Source: a virus
Lineage: Duplodnaviria > Caudoviricetes
Direction: 5' to 3' (one strand)
Length of the DNA stretch: 39,944 nucleotides
Virus record (IMG/VR): IMGVR_UViG_3300033407_000052
Coordinates: 1 to 39,944 of that record
The notes beneath the pieces were generated by a model that had not been told where the DNA came from, did no database searches, and saw nothing but the letters and a program-made list of their open reading frames with translations. Shown here one piece after another: positions 1 to 8,057 of the stretch (position 1 is its first letter; every line of letters starts with the position of its first letter). The translations under genes and the position numbers were made by a program.

Positions 1-1
1 T

Positions 2-754
2 GCGGCTACAGGAACCAAAGCTATCCTTGATGTTAGCAGTTCTGGTGACACCAACCCCGATTTTCACATCAGAGCTGGCAAAGGAACTGGCAAACTCTAT
101 ACTAGCAACCTCTACGAGTGGCAAATAGGGGCTGGAACCTGGACATACGTTTCAGCCACAACTTTCACCGTCCCCCAAGCAGACGCTGATTTAATGTCGG
201 CTGGAACTAAACTCTGGTTCACCCAAACTACTTCTAAATACTTCTATGTAGCCTCTGTTTCAGGTACTACAGTAACAATAGACGCTAACGCCGACTACAC
301 CCTAGCTAATGCTGCTATCACTGCTCCTTACTTCTCTAATGCTGCTACGCCGATAGGGTTTCCGCAATTCTTTGCTTGGACTCCAACATTCGACAATCTT
401 TCTGGGGGTACACTAAACGTCTCTAAATATACCCAAATCGGTAAAACCGTTCACTATAGATGGACATATACTTTGGGTGGTGCGGGTGTGGCTGCCACCA
501 TTACATTTACCTTGCCAGTTACTTCAGTTGCTACTCCAGGTGCTTTTTCTCCGATTGGTCAAGCAAATTATGTGGATGCAACTGGCAGTAAATATATCGG
601 TCTTGCGGGATGGGAGAGTACGACAACTTCAAGACTCTATGTTGCTCAGGCGGCGGGAACCTACTTAATTGAGAATCAGTTGACAAGTACAGTACCCTTT
701 ACTTGGGCCATTAACGATATTATTGAAGTCCAAGGGACTTACGAGGCAGCCTAA
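2..754 (+). CDS. Tail fibre / receptor-binding protein, C-terminal part (5'-truncated)
   Basis: Frame open from position 2 through ORF 194-754. Thr/Gly/Ala-rich beta sequence with 'SKYTQIGKTVHYR...ITFTLPV', typical of tail-fibre C-termini. Confidence 0.7.
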   Translation, partial: AATGTKAILDVSSSGDTNPDFHIRAGKGTGKLYTSNLYEWQIGAGTWTYVSATTFTVPQADADLMSAGTKLWFTQTTSKYFYVASVSGTTVTIDANADYTLANAAITAPYFSNAATPIGFPQFFAWTPTFDNLSGGTLNVSKYTQIGKTVHYRWTYTLGGAGVAATITFTLPVTSVATPGAFSPIGQANYVDATGSKYIGLAGWESTTTSRLYVAQAAGTYLIENQLTSTVPFTWAINDIIEVQGTYEAA

Positions 755-822
755 GGACCACCTCACCCACCCCTAAGCAGGAAAGACGATGAGTAAAATT
801 AAATAAATTAAGGAGAATTATC

Positions 823-1203
823 ATGGCAGATTTTGAACAAGGGTCATTTACAAGAGGAAGCACTGGGTCAAGTGTTATATCAATGGAGGGAGCTTTTACC
901 CCTAGTTACTTCGAGTTTTCTATTGGGCCGAGAACTAGCACTAACGAAACCCACGTTATCTATTCATCTGGTTCTCAGGACATCAACCTAGACCGCAAGC
1001 AAGCTTGCTCTATTTTCGATGATGGAACAGTCAGAGGAACTAGAGAGACGACTTCTTACGCCATCACTCACTATAAAAATGTTTCGGGGACTTTGACTAA
1101 GGTTATCTCTGGTTCAGTTACTGCCGTTGATGCTGGGGAGTTTACCGTAAACTTCGATACCGTTGATGTCAACTACACAATTAGATTTAGAGCTTTTGCA
1201 TGA
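823..1203 (+). CDS. Hypothetical beta-rich protein, probably virion/tail-associated
   Basis: AAGGAG RBS, 126 aa, Thr/Ser-rich, follows the tail fibre gene. Confidence 0.55.
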   Translation: MADFEQGSFTRGSTGSSVISMEGAFTPSYFEFSIGPRTSTNETHVIYSSGSQDINLDRKQACSIFDDGTVRGTRETTSYAITHYKNVSGTLTKVISGSVTAVDAGEFTVNFDTVDVNYTIRFRAFA

Positions 1204-1646
1204 AACTCCCTTGGGCGATAACACTGATTCTAATATTGAATGTGTTGTCGCTCGTCATATTGACGGCTTTACTGATTGAAGACTCCCAGCAGAAAAATAT
1301 TATTGTTAGAGAAACGATAGTAGGAACCCAAGGGCCGATCGGCCCATCAGCCTACACCCCAGTCAAGGGAGTAGATTACTTTGACGGACGGGACGGTAAG
1401 CCTGGGCCTATAGGCCCTACAGGGCTTCCAGGCTATACGCCAATTAAAGGCATAGACTATGTTGACGGTAAGGACGGCGAACCAGGGTCTAAAGGAGAAC
1501 CAGGAGAACAGGGTAAAGCTGGAAAAGAGGTGGAGTTTCGTTGTCGGGATTTCCCAGTTAAACCATCAAGGGTAGAATGGCGGTATGTCGGAGATGATTC
1601 ATGGACTATTCTCCATGAATTAAAAGATAAGTGTAAGGTGGGATAA
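1200..1646 (+). CDS. Membrane-anchored collagen-like (Gly-X-Y) protein
   Basis: N-terminal hydrophobic helix, GPIGP/GEPG triplets, two 'YTP.KG.DY.DG.DG' repeats. ATGA coupling. Confidence 0.7.
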   Translation: MKLPWAITLILILNVLSLVILTALLIEDSQQKNIIVRETIVGTQGPIGPSAYTPVKGVDYFDGRDGKPGPIGPTGLPGYTPIKGIDYVDGKDGEPGSKGEPGEQGKAGKEVEFRCRDFPVKPSRVEWRYVGDDSWTILHELKDKCKVG

Positions 1647-1993
1647 TGGATATTGTGGCTGGGGCAGCTTTAACATTAGCTGGAAGTACCGTAGCTGGTT
1701 TAATCTGGGTGGTTAAATATGTCTTAAAAGAAGTCAAACCAGCTCTCGATAAATTAGTGGAAGTCACAAAGAAAAACACCGTTGCTACCGAGAAAGCCGA
1801 CAGTTACCTCAGAGAGCGTAATGGTAGAGACATTGAGAAACATACTGAACTACTAAAGGCTACCCAGAAAATCCCTCAAGTGATGCAACAGATAGCCAAC
1901 ACTCAATCCAAGGCAATTATCCAGGCCGTAAAAATCAAAGAGCAACATATCGAACACCAGCATGTAGACAAGCAGGACGTAAGCAAACTATGA
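1646..1993 (+). CDS. Membrane protein, holin-like / lysis accessory
   Basis: Single N-terminal TM segment plus charged tail, upstream of the endolysin. Confidence 0.5.
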   Translation: MDIVAGAALTLAGSTVAGLIWVVKYVLKEVKPALDKLVEVTKKNTVATEKADSYLRERNGRDIEKHTELLKATQKIPQVMQQIANTQSKAIIQAVKIKEQHIEHQHVDKQDVSKL

Positions 1994-2409
1994 GTGATTT
2001 CACCGTAGATTCGCTGAAAGAGTTCATACTAGCGGAACTTAATTCGTTTAAAGCTGAAACCGACAGGCGCTTCGGCGCTCAACAGAAAGAAGTTGAGACA
2101 GCTTTCAATGCCGCAAAAGAAGCGGTTTTGAAGTCGGAGCTTGGCGTAGAAAAGCGTAGCGATGCCGTTTACGTCACGATCGCCAAACTTCAAGATGCCC
2201 TAGCCTTGGTGATGCCCAGGGCTGAAGCTGAACAACGGTTTTCTTCCCTGAACGAAAAAATAGACGAGCTTAAGTCCAGTCGTGATACCAACGAGGGGCG
2301 AACTACAGGTGGCGATATTACAATGACCAAGATAGTTACCACAATTGGGGTAGTTGGTACAATACTAGGTATTATTGTGCTGCTCGCCAATAATGTTTTT
2401 GGTAAGTAA
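1990..2409 (+). CDS. Coiled-coil protein with C-terminal TM helix (lysis cluster)
   Basis: Heptad-rich body, hydrophobic C-terminus IVTTIGVVGTILGIIVLLA. Confidence 0.55.
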   Translation: MSDFTVDSLKEFILAELNSFKAETDRRFGAQQKEVETAFNAAKEAVLKSELGVEKRSDAVYVTIAKLQDALALVMPRAEAEQRFSSLNEKIDELKSSRDTNEGRTTGGDITMTKIVTTIGVVGTILGIIVLLANNVFGK

Positions 2410-2440
2410 TGTATAATAGAGCCATAAGGACTAATGCCCT

Positions 2441-3082
2441 ATGACAATGAGAAGGTTAATCGACCAATATGGCATCCCAGCAGGAGGTTATTTCGGAGAC
2501 CCGAGAGATGGCGGTAAGCGAAAACATATCGGACTTGATATAAAAACCCCTAAGCGGACTCCCCTAAAGCCAGTCCGAACAAGCCGAATTACAAAGGTCT
2601 ATTTTACTAAAACTGGAGGAAAATCTCTTAACATGGTGGCTGGAAACAAAGAAACCAGATGGTTACACTTAGATTCAATCGGCTTTAAGGTTGGGGATAT
2701 TGTCAATTCTAGTCAGACGGCTGCCTTGTCTGGGAACTCTGGTACGCCGAGTGGAGGAGGTGTTTATGGTTATCATCTACACACCGAGGAATACGAGAAC
2801 GGTATTGCGGTTGACCCGCTAAAGGTATATAAGAATAACGAGGAGAATATTATGAAACCGACAGACGCACAAATAGACGCAACAATAAGCTATTTGCATT
2901 ATGCTTATTTTGGGAAGCCAGCCCCTAATGCTGTTTTTGATAGCTGGAGAGGATTGTTAAAAAATAATTATGTCAACGGGCTACAGACAATCTTCGAAAA
3001 TACTGACAAAAACTCCGACGCTCTAAAGAATAAGTCCAGCACTGGCAATTATAGAAAAATAGAAGCCTACATTAAGGAGTAA
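2441..3082 (+). CDS. Endolysin, M23 family metallopeptidase
   Basis: HxxxD (HIGLD), 'WLHL', 'SGNSG' and HxH (YHLHTE) motifs of M23 peptidases. Confidence 0.85.
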   Translation: MTMRRLIDQYGIPAGGYFGDPRDGGKRKHIGLDIKTPKRTPLKPVRTSRITKVYFTKTGGKSLNMVAGNKETRWLHLDSIGFKVGDIVNSSQTAALSGNSGTPSGGGVYGYHLHTEEYENGIAVDPLKVYKNNEENIMKPTDAQIDATISYLHYAYFGKPAPNAVFDSWRGLLKNNYVNGLQTIFENTDKNSDALKNKSSTGNYRKIEAYIKE

Positions 3083-3084
3083 TT

Positions 3085-3261
3085 ATGAATATCAATTTTC
3101 CACCAAAAGTCCGTATCTCCCTGTACATCCTAGTAGTTATCGGCGGCCCAATAATAACCTACCTACTAGCTAAAGGGTTTATAGGTGAGTTGGAGATGGG
3201 ACTGTGGGCTGGACTGACGAGTGCTGTTAGTGCTTTGGCCGCTTTCAATATCGCCAAGTAA
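3085..3261 (+). CDS. Holin-like small two-TM protein (58 aa, not in ORF track)
   Basis: AAGGAG RBS. MNINFPPKVRISLYILVVIGGPIITYLLAKGFIGELEMGLWAGLTSAVSALAAFNIAK, directly after the endolysin. Confidence 0.7.
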   Translation: MNINFPPKVRISLYILVVIGGPIITYLLAKGFIGELEMGLWAGLTSAVSALAAFNIAK

Positions 3262-3293
3262 GAGTAGACTAAAGAAGTAAAAGGAGAGATAGA

Positions 3294-3500
3294 ATGTTGA
3301 ATCGAGTAATCAGAAGTGTAGTTATCGGAGTCGTAGTAACTTTAATTTGTATCCTAGTCGGAAGCCTGTTCCTGACATTGAATGTCGGACTGGCAGTCAC
3401 CGTTGGCGGGTTCTTGCGGACTTACGCCGCCGCTCTAGGTGTCTTGGCGGCTCTGTATGTGTTCGCAACAGGTGGTGGGTTAAACCTCAAGAACAGCTAA
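3294..3500 (+). CDS. Small two-TM membrane protein
   Basis: AAGGAG RBS, two hydrophobic segments. Confidence 0.65.
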   Translation: MLNRVIRSVVIGVVVTLICILVGSLFLTLNVGLAVTVGGFLRTYAAALGVLAALYVFATGGGLNLKNS

Positions 3501-3504
3501 TGAC

Positions 3505-3669
3505 ATGGAAGCTCTCGACCCTGACGATGAACTGGTTGAGGGCATCCACCCCATCAGAAGGCTCTATGTGAGGCTTATTCTAGCTGGGATAGGTCAATAT
3601 GCTAAGTGGCATGAAGAACAATTAGAGCTAGGTGAGATTGAGGATGAGTTAAGTGATATAGTAGATTAG
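3505..3669 (+). CDS. Acidic hypothetical protein (54 aa)
   Basis: MEALDPDDELVEGIHP...SDIVD fills the gap after the membrane protein. Weak RBS. Confidence 0.4.
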   Translation: MEALDPDDELVEGIHPIRRLYVRLILAGIGQYAKWHEEQLELGEIEDELSDIVD

Positions 3670-4084
3670 TACTTTAAAACCACTGGGGAAGTTTAGTTTA
3701 GAAGGAGTTTAGTTATGTCAAATAAACCAGTAAGTCAAGACGACACCACGCTAGGACAAACTAGCGATACCTACGATGATACAGCCTCGTATCTAGCGGG
3801 TGAATTGAGAAGTAACGCAAGTTACACTCTAGGCAGTATCTTAACGGTACTCGAAGCGTCAATAGCCGATAAAAGTCAGCTAGAAGCCATTAAGTCACTA
3901 GTTCGTAAAGAGCTTTTCTTAATGACTGACCGCAACCAAGGAGCGGTATACGAACGAGCGAAGATGCAACGCAGTGGTCTTTCTCCTAAAAAGTACATAG
4001 AATTCAAAGACTCAAACGGTGAGTACGAGGCTCACTCAATCCAATAATAATTTATTAACCACTTCCCCAGTGGTTTTAGAGTAC
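3669..4084. repeat. 24-bp inverted repeat (3669-3692 / 4061-4084) enclosing one gene
   Basis: gtactttaaaaccactggggaagt versus the reverse complement of acttccccagtggttttagagtac: 23/24 match. Confidence 0.9.
3715..4047 (+). CDS. Hypothetical protein inside the inverted-repeat cassette
   Basis: GAAGGAG RBS, 110 aa, helical core. Confidence 0.75.
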   Translation: MSNKPVSQDDTTLGQTSDTYDDTASYLAGELRSNASYTLGSILTVLEASIADKSQLEAIKSLVRKELFLMTDRNQGAVYERAKMQRSGLSPKKYIEFKDSNGEYEAHSIQ

Positions 4085-4109
4085 ACCTTACATAAAATTT
4101 TTAGACATT

Positions 4110-4143
4110 AAAAAACCTGCCGAGGAAAAACCAAGGCAGGGGC
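4110..4143 (-). terminator. Intrinsic terminator (minus strand)
   Basis: cctgcc 4116-4121 / ggcagg 4135-4140 stem, followed by a U6 tract on the minus strand. Confidence 0.7.
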
Positions 4144-4164
4144 TACTAGATTAGTATAACAGAA

Positions 4165-4420
4165 ACAAAAAAGAACCCGACTTGTGTAATCCAACACTGC
4201 CGGGGCTCTTAAGTGGGCGGGTTTTGTTGATTTGTCCCGACCTTGGCGATTTACTCAACCGCCAGTAGGGAAGCCCGCTTCCGCAGTATTCCCCCATGAC
4301 CTCTCGTCTAAGTCCAGGGACTTTTAAGCGACGATTGGAACCTTTTATGGCTGGTTTTCTCCATTTGCCTTGTTCGTCGAGCTAACTTTTACTAGAAAAT
4401 CCGACCAACAAGCACCATCT
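4165..4420 (-). ncRNA. Candidate ~250-nt structured non-coding RNA
   Basis: Extended -10 TGgTAAAAT (4426-4434), consecutive and nested hairpins, terminal hairpin plus U tract, no convincing ORF. Confidence 0.5.
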
Positions 4421-4445
4421 TTTCTATTTTACCACCACCCATGAC

Positions 4446-4535
4446 TCAGGTGGAACTGATATGCTTTCTCCCAAGACCCATAACAGCCACTATTGCCCCC
4501 ACTACCATCACGATATTAACTGCTATCTCTGCCAT
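4446..4535 (-). CDS. Small hydrophobic peptide (29 aa)
   Basis: AGGAGG RBS. MAEIAVNIVMVVGAIVAVMGLGRKHISST. Confidence 0.55.
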   Translation of the reverse strand: MAEIAVNIVMVVGAIVAVMGLGRKHISST

Positions 4536-4539
4536 CTAC

Positions 4540-4689
4540 TTATCCTCCTATTACTTTTTGAAATTTAGTTATTCCTTCTACCTTGGCGGCTCGTTTTATG
4601 TAGTTAATAAAGGCCGGTGAATCCGATGTCCAAGTGTACCAATGTCCATCTTTAGGTGAGTATCCTTTATACATCATTAGTTCGCTCAT
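4540..4689 (-). CDS. Hypothetical protein (49 aa)
   Basis: ATGA-coupled to the upstream gene. MSELMMYKGYSPKDGHWYTW... Confidence 0.6.
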   Translation of the reverse strand: MSELMMYKGYSPKDGHWYTWTSDSPAFINYIKRAAKVEGITKFQKVIGG

Positions 4690-5012
4690 TGTTTTATTAG
4701 CCCTGCTTTAATTAGGTTCTGGCGAATTTTATAAGTTGCGGCATTGTGACCAGCTATATATCTTTTAGCCCCTTCGCCATCATCGCCCATTCCTTCTAGC
4801 TCTTTCGGCAACGCTGCTTCTATAAGCGACTGGATGGCTGCTTCGGCTTGGTCTATCATCGGTATTCTAACCTCATAGCAATACTGGCATTGAGCTGGCA
4901 TGAGGTCTCCATCCTCGTCTGCCTCGGGGTAGGTTCCTTCGCCATCACAACCAGCAGGACAGTAGGTTTTCGGCATCGACTGTTCTAGGATGTCTCTAAG
5001 CTTCTGGCTCAT
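4686..5012 (-). CDS. Helical-scaffold family protein with CxxxC...CxxC insert
   Basis: KLRDIL / QAEAAIQSLIEAALP / GHNAA framework around a Cys-containing insert. Confidence 0.7.
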   Translation of the reverse strand: MSQKLRDILEQSMPKTYCPAGCDGEGTYPEADEDGDLMPAQCQYCYEVRIPMIDQAEAAIQSLIEAALPKELEGMGDDGEGAKRYIAGHNAATYKIRQNLIKAGLIKQ

Positions 5013-5137
5013 GATTTACCTTTCTTCTTGCCATGATTAGCTATCGGCTGTCCACAAGCTACACAACAGGCTACGCCATCTATGACGGTAGCAGTATGAG
5101 CACCGCCATCGTTATAGTTTTTGGTGCAAGGTTTCAT
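5009..5137 (-). CDS. Small Cys/His protein (42 aa)
   Basis: ATGA-coupled at both ends. MKPCTKNYNDGGAH...CCVACGQP. Confidence 0.6.
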   Translation of the reverse strand: MKPCTKNYNDGGAHTATVIDGVACCVACGQPIANHGKKKGKS

Positions 5138-5394
5138 GGCTTTTCCTTCTGGTCTGAGAGGGCTTCGAGGCGGTAAATTCTATTAGCTATCATGTTTAGA
5201 TGCTTTGGGCGTGGAAAACCAGACGTGGCAAGTACCGATTTTAGCTCATCAATCCTAATTTCCCTCTCCCTCGCCTCCAGCTTCTTGGCTAGTTCGGGGA
5301 TAAACTCTCCAAGCTCGACTACCGCTTGTTTATGGTGGGCTCGGGTTAGCGTATCTTCTAGCCACTCTCTCAGGGTTTGTTCTAGGGTAGTCAT
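5134..5394 (-). CDS. Helical-scaffold family protein (EQTLREWL type)
   Basis: Start reassigned to ATG 5394 (ATGA overlap). Shares three blocks with 5974-6564. Confidence 0.75.
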   Translation of the reverse strand: MTTLEQTLREWLEDTLTRAHHKQAVVELGEFIPELAKKLEAREREIRIDELKSVLATSGFPRPKHLNMIANRIYRLEALSDQKEKP

Positions 5395-5507
5395 TGGTTT
5401 ATTCCCAAAAGATAGCCAATAGCAGCACCAAAGAGCATACAACCCAAACAAAGGTTTACTATTCTAGCTTTTAGTTTTTCTACATCATCTGTTTCGTAAT
5501 GGCTCAC
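5391..5507 (-). CDS. Small membrane protein (38 aa)
   Basis: GGGAG RBS plus GTG start, hydrophobic C-terminus, coupled at both ends. Confidence 0.6.
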   Translation of the reverse strand: MSHYETDDVEKLKARIVNLCLGCMLFGAAIGYLLGINQ

Positions 5508-5620
5508 GATTCACTCCCTTCAACCTTACGGGCTATAGATATGCCAATAAAAACACTCTTAAACCATATACCGTACACTCTATGCCATTCTCCTAGAGAT
5601 TGACCTGTAAAAACTTTCAC
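5504..5620 (-). CDS. Small protein (38 aa) bounded by 20-bp direct repeats
   Basis: MKVFTGQSLGEWHRVYGIWF...EGSES. tcacgattcactcccttcaa occurs at 5504-5523 and 5617-5636. Confidence 0.6.
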   Translation of the reverse strand: MKVFTGQSLGEWHRVYGIWFKSVFIGISIARKVEGSES

Positions 5621-5632
5621 GATTCACTCCCT

Positions 5633-5731
5633 TCAATTTATTAAGCAACGTTTTTTATGATAGGTGCAAGGTACAGTCATTTGAGCTAGACAGCTAGCCA
5701 CTTGGCATTGATGGCAACTATTTTGATACAT
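5633..5731 (-). CDS. Cys-rich peptide (32 aa)
   Basis: AAGGAG RBS. MYQNSCHQCQVASCLAQMTVPCTYHKKRCLIN. Confidence 0.45.
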   Translation of the reverse strand: MYQNSCHQCQVASCLAQMTVPCTYHKKRCLIN

Positions 5732-5960
5732 CACTCACTCCTTCCCAATGATTATTCCGCTCAAAAAAGTCATAGCAAGCGACAGGAACTTCGGTAATCG
5801 TATGCTTGGCATAGTAGGCACACCCTTGTTCTTCTTGTTTTTTCTCTCTAGCCTTTCCTTCTGAGTAGCCAGAGAAAGCAGCCCCAGCAATCAGCAAGAA
5901 CCCTACAATCATTACTGTTGCTAATGTTCCATTACTCATACCTTCTTCTACTACCATCAT
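5718..5960 (-). CDS. Small membrane protein
   Basis: One TM helix, two Cys. Start could be 5939. Confidence 0.65.
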   Translation of the reverse strand: MMVVEEGMSNGTLATVMIVGFLLIAGAAFSGYSEGKAREKKQEEQGCAYYAKHTITEVPVACYDFFERNNHWEGVSDVSK

Positions 5961-5973
5961 CACTCACTCCCTT

Positions 5974-6564
5974 CTAGTTGTTTACGTTCCTCTTGGATGA
6001 AAAGTCTGGCTTCTCCTTTGGGTCTGAGAGGGCTTTGAGTTCGGCTATACGTTTTCCTCTGGACTCATAGCTTGCAGTGTAGTCTCGTAATCGCTTGGCC
6101 GCATCTTGGGGTGTATGTCCATCCCATTCAGCCGCTTTATCACGCTCCTCTATGTCAAATAGATACCAATCTTTTTCCTCGTAATGGTTGGTAATTTGAC
6201 CTGTGGGTAATTGTGCCACCACCACAAACCAACCTCCACCAAAAGCTAACTCCCCATCGCTGTGTCTCCAACTCTTGTGAATGTCGTAGTTCTGGTGTGT
6301 GCGGAATAACTCATTGAACATGGCTGCATTGTAGAGCATCCGATATTCGTAAAGCTCATTGAAGGTATGATAACCATCGCTTGTTTCGCCTGTTATTTTC
6401 TCCCTTGCCTCTAGATTCTTGGCTAGTTCGGGGATGCGTTCTCGTAGTTCGTTTCTGAGTTGATTCTCTGCTCCAGCCATAGCATTAATGACTGATATAT
6501 TCTTGGATGGGTCAAGTTTTATATTTTCTCCTAGCCACTCTCTCAGGGTTTGTTCGATAGTCAT
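5974..6564 (-). CDS. Helical-scaffold family protein carrying an inserted 'SDGYHTF...WDGH' domain
   Basis: EQTLREWL / IPELAK.LEARE / ALSD.KEKP framework around a ~110-aa domain with a recurring phage motif. Confidence 0.8.
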   Translation of the reverse strand: MTIEQTLREWLGENIKLDPSKNISVINAMAGAENQLRNELRERIPELAKNLEAREKITGETSDGYHTFNELYEYRMLYNAAMFNELFRTHQNYDIHKSWRHSDGELAFGGGWFVVVAQLPTGQITNHYEEKDWYLFDIEERDKAAEWDGHTPQDAAKRLRDYTASYESRGKRIAELKALSDPKEKPDFSSKRNVNN

Positions 6565-6794
6565 AGCTCCTCCACTGGCATTATGGGTGCTCTTAATTCC
6601 AGTCGGTCAAACGAAACCATTGGCTTTGCAGAACTTATACCACGCTTCAGTCCTAACCACTCAAAGGGCATTTCACATTTCGCACAATTAACTTTTATAT
6701 CTACTGCGAACGCATTGACTGCTCCACCATCGACATCGGTTAGGCGATTAATTTCTGCATTTACCTTGAAGTTGGGGTGTTGGCATCTACTCAT
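6561..6794 (-). CDS. Zn-ribbon-like hypothetical protein
   Basis: CxH...CxxC, ATGA-coupled. Confidence 0.7.
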   Translation of the reverse strand: MSRCQHPNFKVNAEINRLTDVDGGAVNAFAVDIKVNCAKCEMPFEWLGLKRGISSAKPMVSFDRLELRAPIMPVEEL

Positions 6795-7060
6795 AATCCC
6801 AGCCCCCTACGTTCCTCTTGGATAGCAGAGTCGGGAATTGATTTAACTTGCAGGACTTTGCCGTCATAGAGTTTGTAGCTTCGGCTGCTTCGTTTCTTCT
6901 CCAGCCTATCCAATAGCTCGGCTTGGGCGGTGGTGAGGAGAGACATAATCTCGTCTAATCGGTAGCGACACATTTCTTTGCACCGCTTCTCTTCGCACAT
7001 ACCAGTAATTTTGCGTATCTTATCTCTCAGCTCATTGTTAGTATCTAGGGGCTTGGTCAT
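6791..7060 (-). CDS. Helical-scaffold family protein (MTKPLDTNNELR type)
   Basis: Start reassigned to 7060. Three blocks identical to 12089-12475. Confidence 0.8.
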   Translation of the reverse strand: MTKPLDTNNELRDKIRKITGMCEEKRCKEMCRYRLDEIMSLLTTAQAELLDRLEKKRSSRSYKLYDGKVLQVKSIPDSAIQEERRGLGL

Positions 7061-7260
7061 AATTTCCTCCATTGCTCTAGCCATTCAATTACTTCTTTAG
7101 CTTGGCATGAACCGCATCGTTGCCACTTCTTAGTACCCATGAGATTTTGTGGTTGGTCTGGGCTATCTTCATAGTCCATCGTTTTACAGTTTCCACCCCA
7201 GCCTTTACTTATCCGCCACTTGACGAAAATGATGGCTAAGTGGTCTAGTAAATTAGTCAT
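7057..7260 (-). CDS. Hypothetical protein
   Basis: 67 aa, C...CxxC, coupled. Confidence 0.65.
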   Translation of the reverse strand: MTNLLDHLAIIFVKWRISKGWGGNCKTMDYEDSPDQPQNLMGTKKWQRCGSCQAKEVIEWLEQWRKL

Positions 7261-7534
7261 GGCTTACCTCAATCGGTGTTCCATCCTTAGGCAGCTGAGT
7301 TGCTCCAATAACACCATATTCAGGGTCAAAGCCATCCATTCTCTCTCCGTACATTGTGTAGTCTTTCCCTAGCTCCTTTAGAACTTCATCTTTCGTCTTC
7401 CCTTTGGCTACAGCACTCTTAATAGATAAGATGCGTTTTGGCTTTTTATCGGACACTACCCGCTCGGCAGTCTCGTCCCATCCGTACCAAGTATCACCAA
7501 TCTTTTCAACTATCCAGACATTATTAGCACTCAT
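7253..7534 (-). CDS. Hypothetical protein
   Basis: Probable start MSANN at 7534 (TGATG overlap). Confidence 0.65.
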   Translation of the reverse strand: MSANNVWIVEKIGDTWYGWDETAERVVSDKKPKRILSIKSAVAKGKTKDEVLKELGKDYTMYGERMDGFDPEYGVIGATQLPKDGTPIEVSHD

Positions 7535-7671
7535 CAGCAAATCCCCCCCTTTACACATTTCCAATAGTCCTCATCAGATAGGGTACTCACCCATTGAGCA
7601 TAACCCAGCAAGCCGAAGATAACTCCGACGATTACGGCTAGGGTTAGGAGGATGCGGTCTTTGGGATTCAT
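7534..7671 (-). CDS. Small membrane protein (45 aa)
   Basis: MNPKDRILLTLAVIVGVIFGLLG..., fills the gap with coupled start and stop. Confidence 0.6.
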   Translation of the reverse strand: MNPKDRILLTLAVIVGVIFGLLGYAQWVSTLSDEDYWKCVKGGIC

Positions 7672-8057
7672 AAAATCCCTCTCTTTATAAGCTCAATCGC
7701 TAAAAGACATAGAGCGTCGGCGGGGGTGTCGGCAACTCCGAAACAGTATGCCGTAAAATCTTCCCCAACTGGATAACCTACATTCCATACTGGGTAACTA
7801 TATTGCAAAGTTAGCAAATATTTATAGGTAGACCCATTTGATGATTGGACTTTAGGCAACTTCTCCAGCAGACAGTCTGAGTCGTAGGCTGGAGTATTGC
7901 TAGTTATGGATTCTCCCGAGATTTTGGTTGGTGAAGGATAACTAAAACCAGCTTCTTTAACAGCACTTTCTGGCTCGTTATACCACCAGTAGGTATCATC
8001 CCACTCAGGCTTTAGCTCATATAAACGCTTTGAATTTTGAAGGCTAGCGACTCTCAT
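7668..8057 (-). CDS. Hypothetical phage protein
   Basis: 'SL..SKRL.E...PAY...LLEKLP...TPADAL..L.I.L' pattern common in small phage early proteins. Confidence 0.7.
   Translation of the reverse strand: MRVASLQNSKRLYELKPEWDDTYWWYNEPESAVKEAGFSYPSPTKISGESITSNTPAYDSDCLLEKLPKVQSSNGSTYKYLLTLQYSYPVWNVGYPVGEDFTAYCFGVADTPADALCLLAIELIKRGIL

Noticed and set aside
1325-1530. DNA repeats in the collagen-like gene
   Set aside because: Explained by Gly-X-Y and YTPxKGxDY protein repeats common in phages.
3669-4084. Autonomous IS element
   Set aside because: The enclosed 110-aa ORF has no transposase motifs and no clean flanking target duplication is seen.
4170-4210. Group II intron domain V (GAGCC...GGUUC-like hairpin on the minus strand)
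   Set aside because: No GNRA loop, no domain VI, no interrupted gene. The U tract fits a terminator better.
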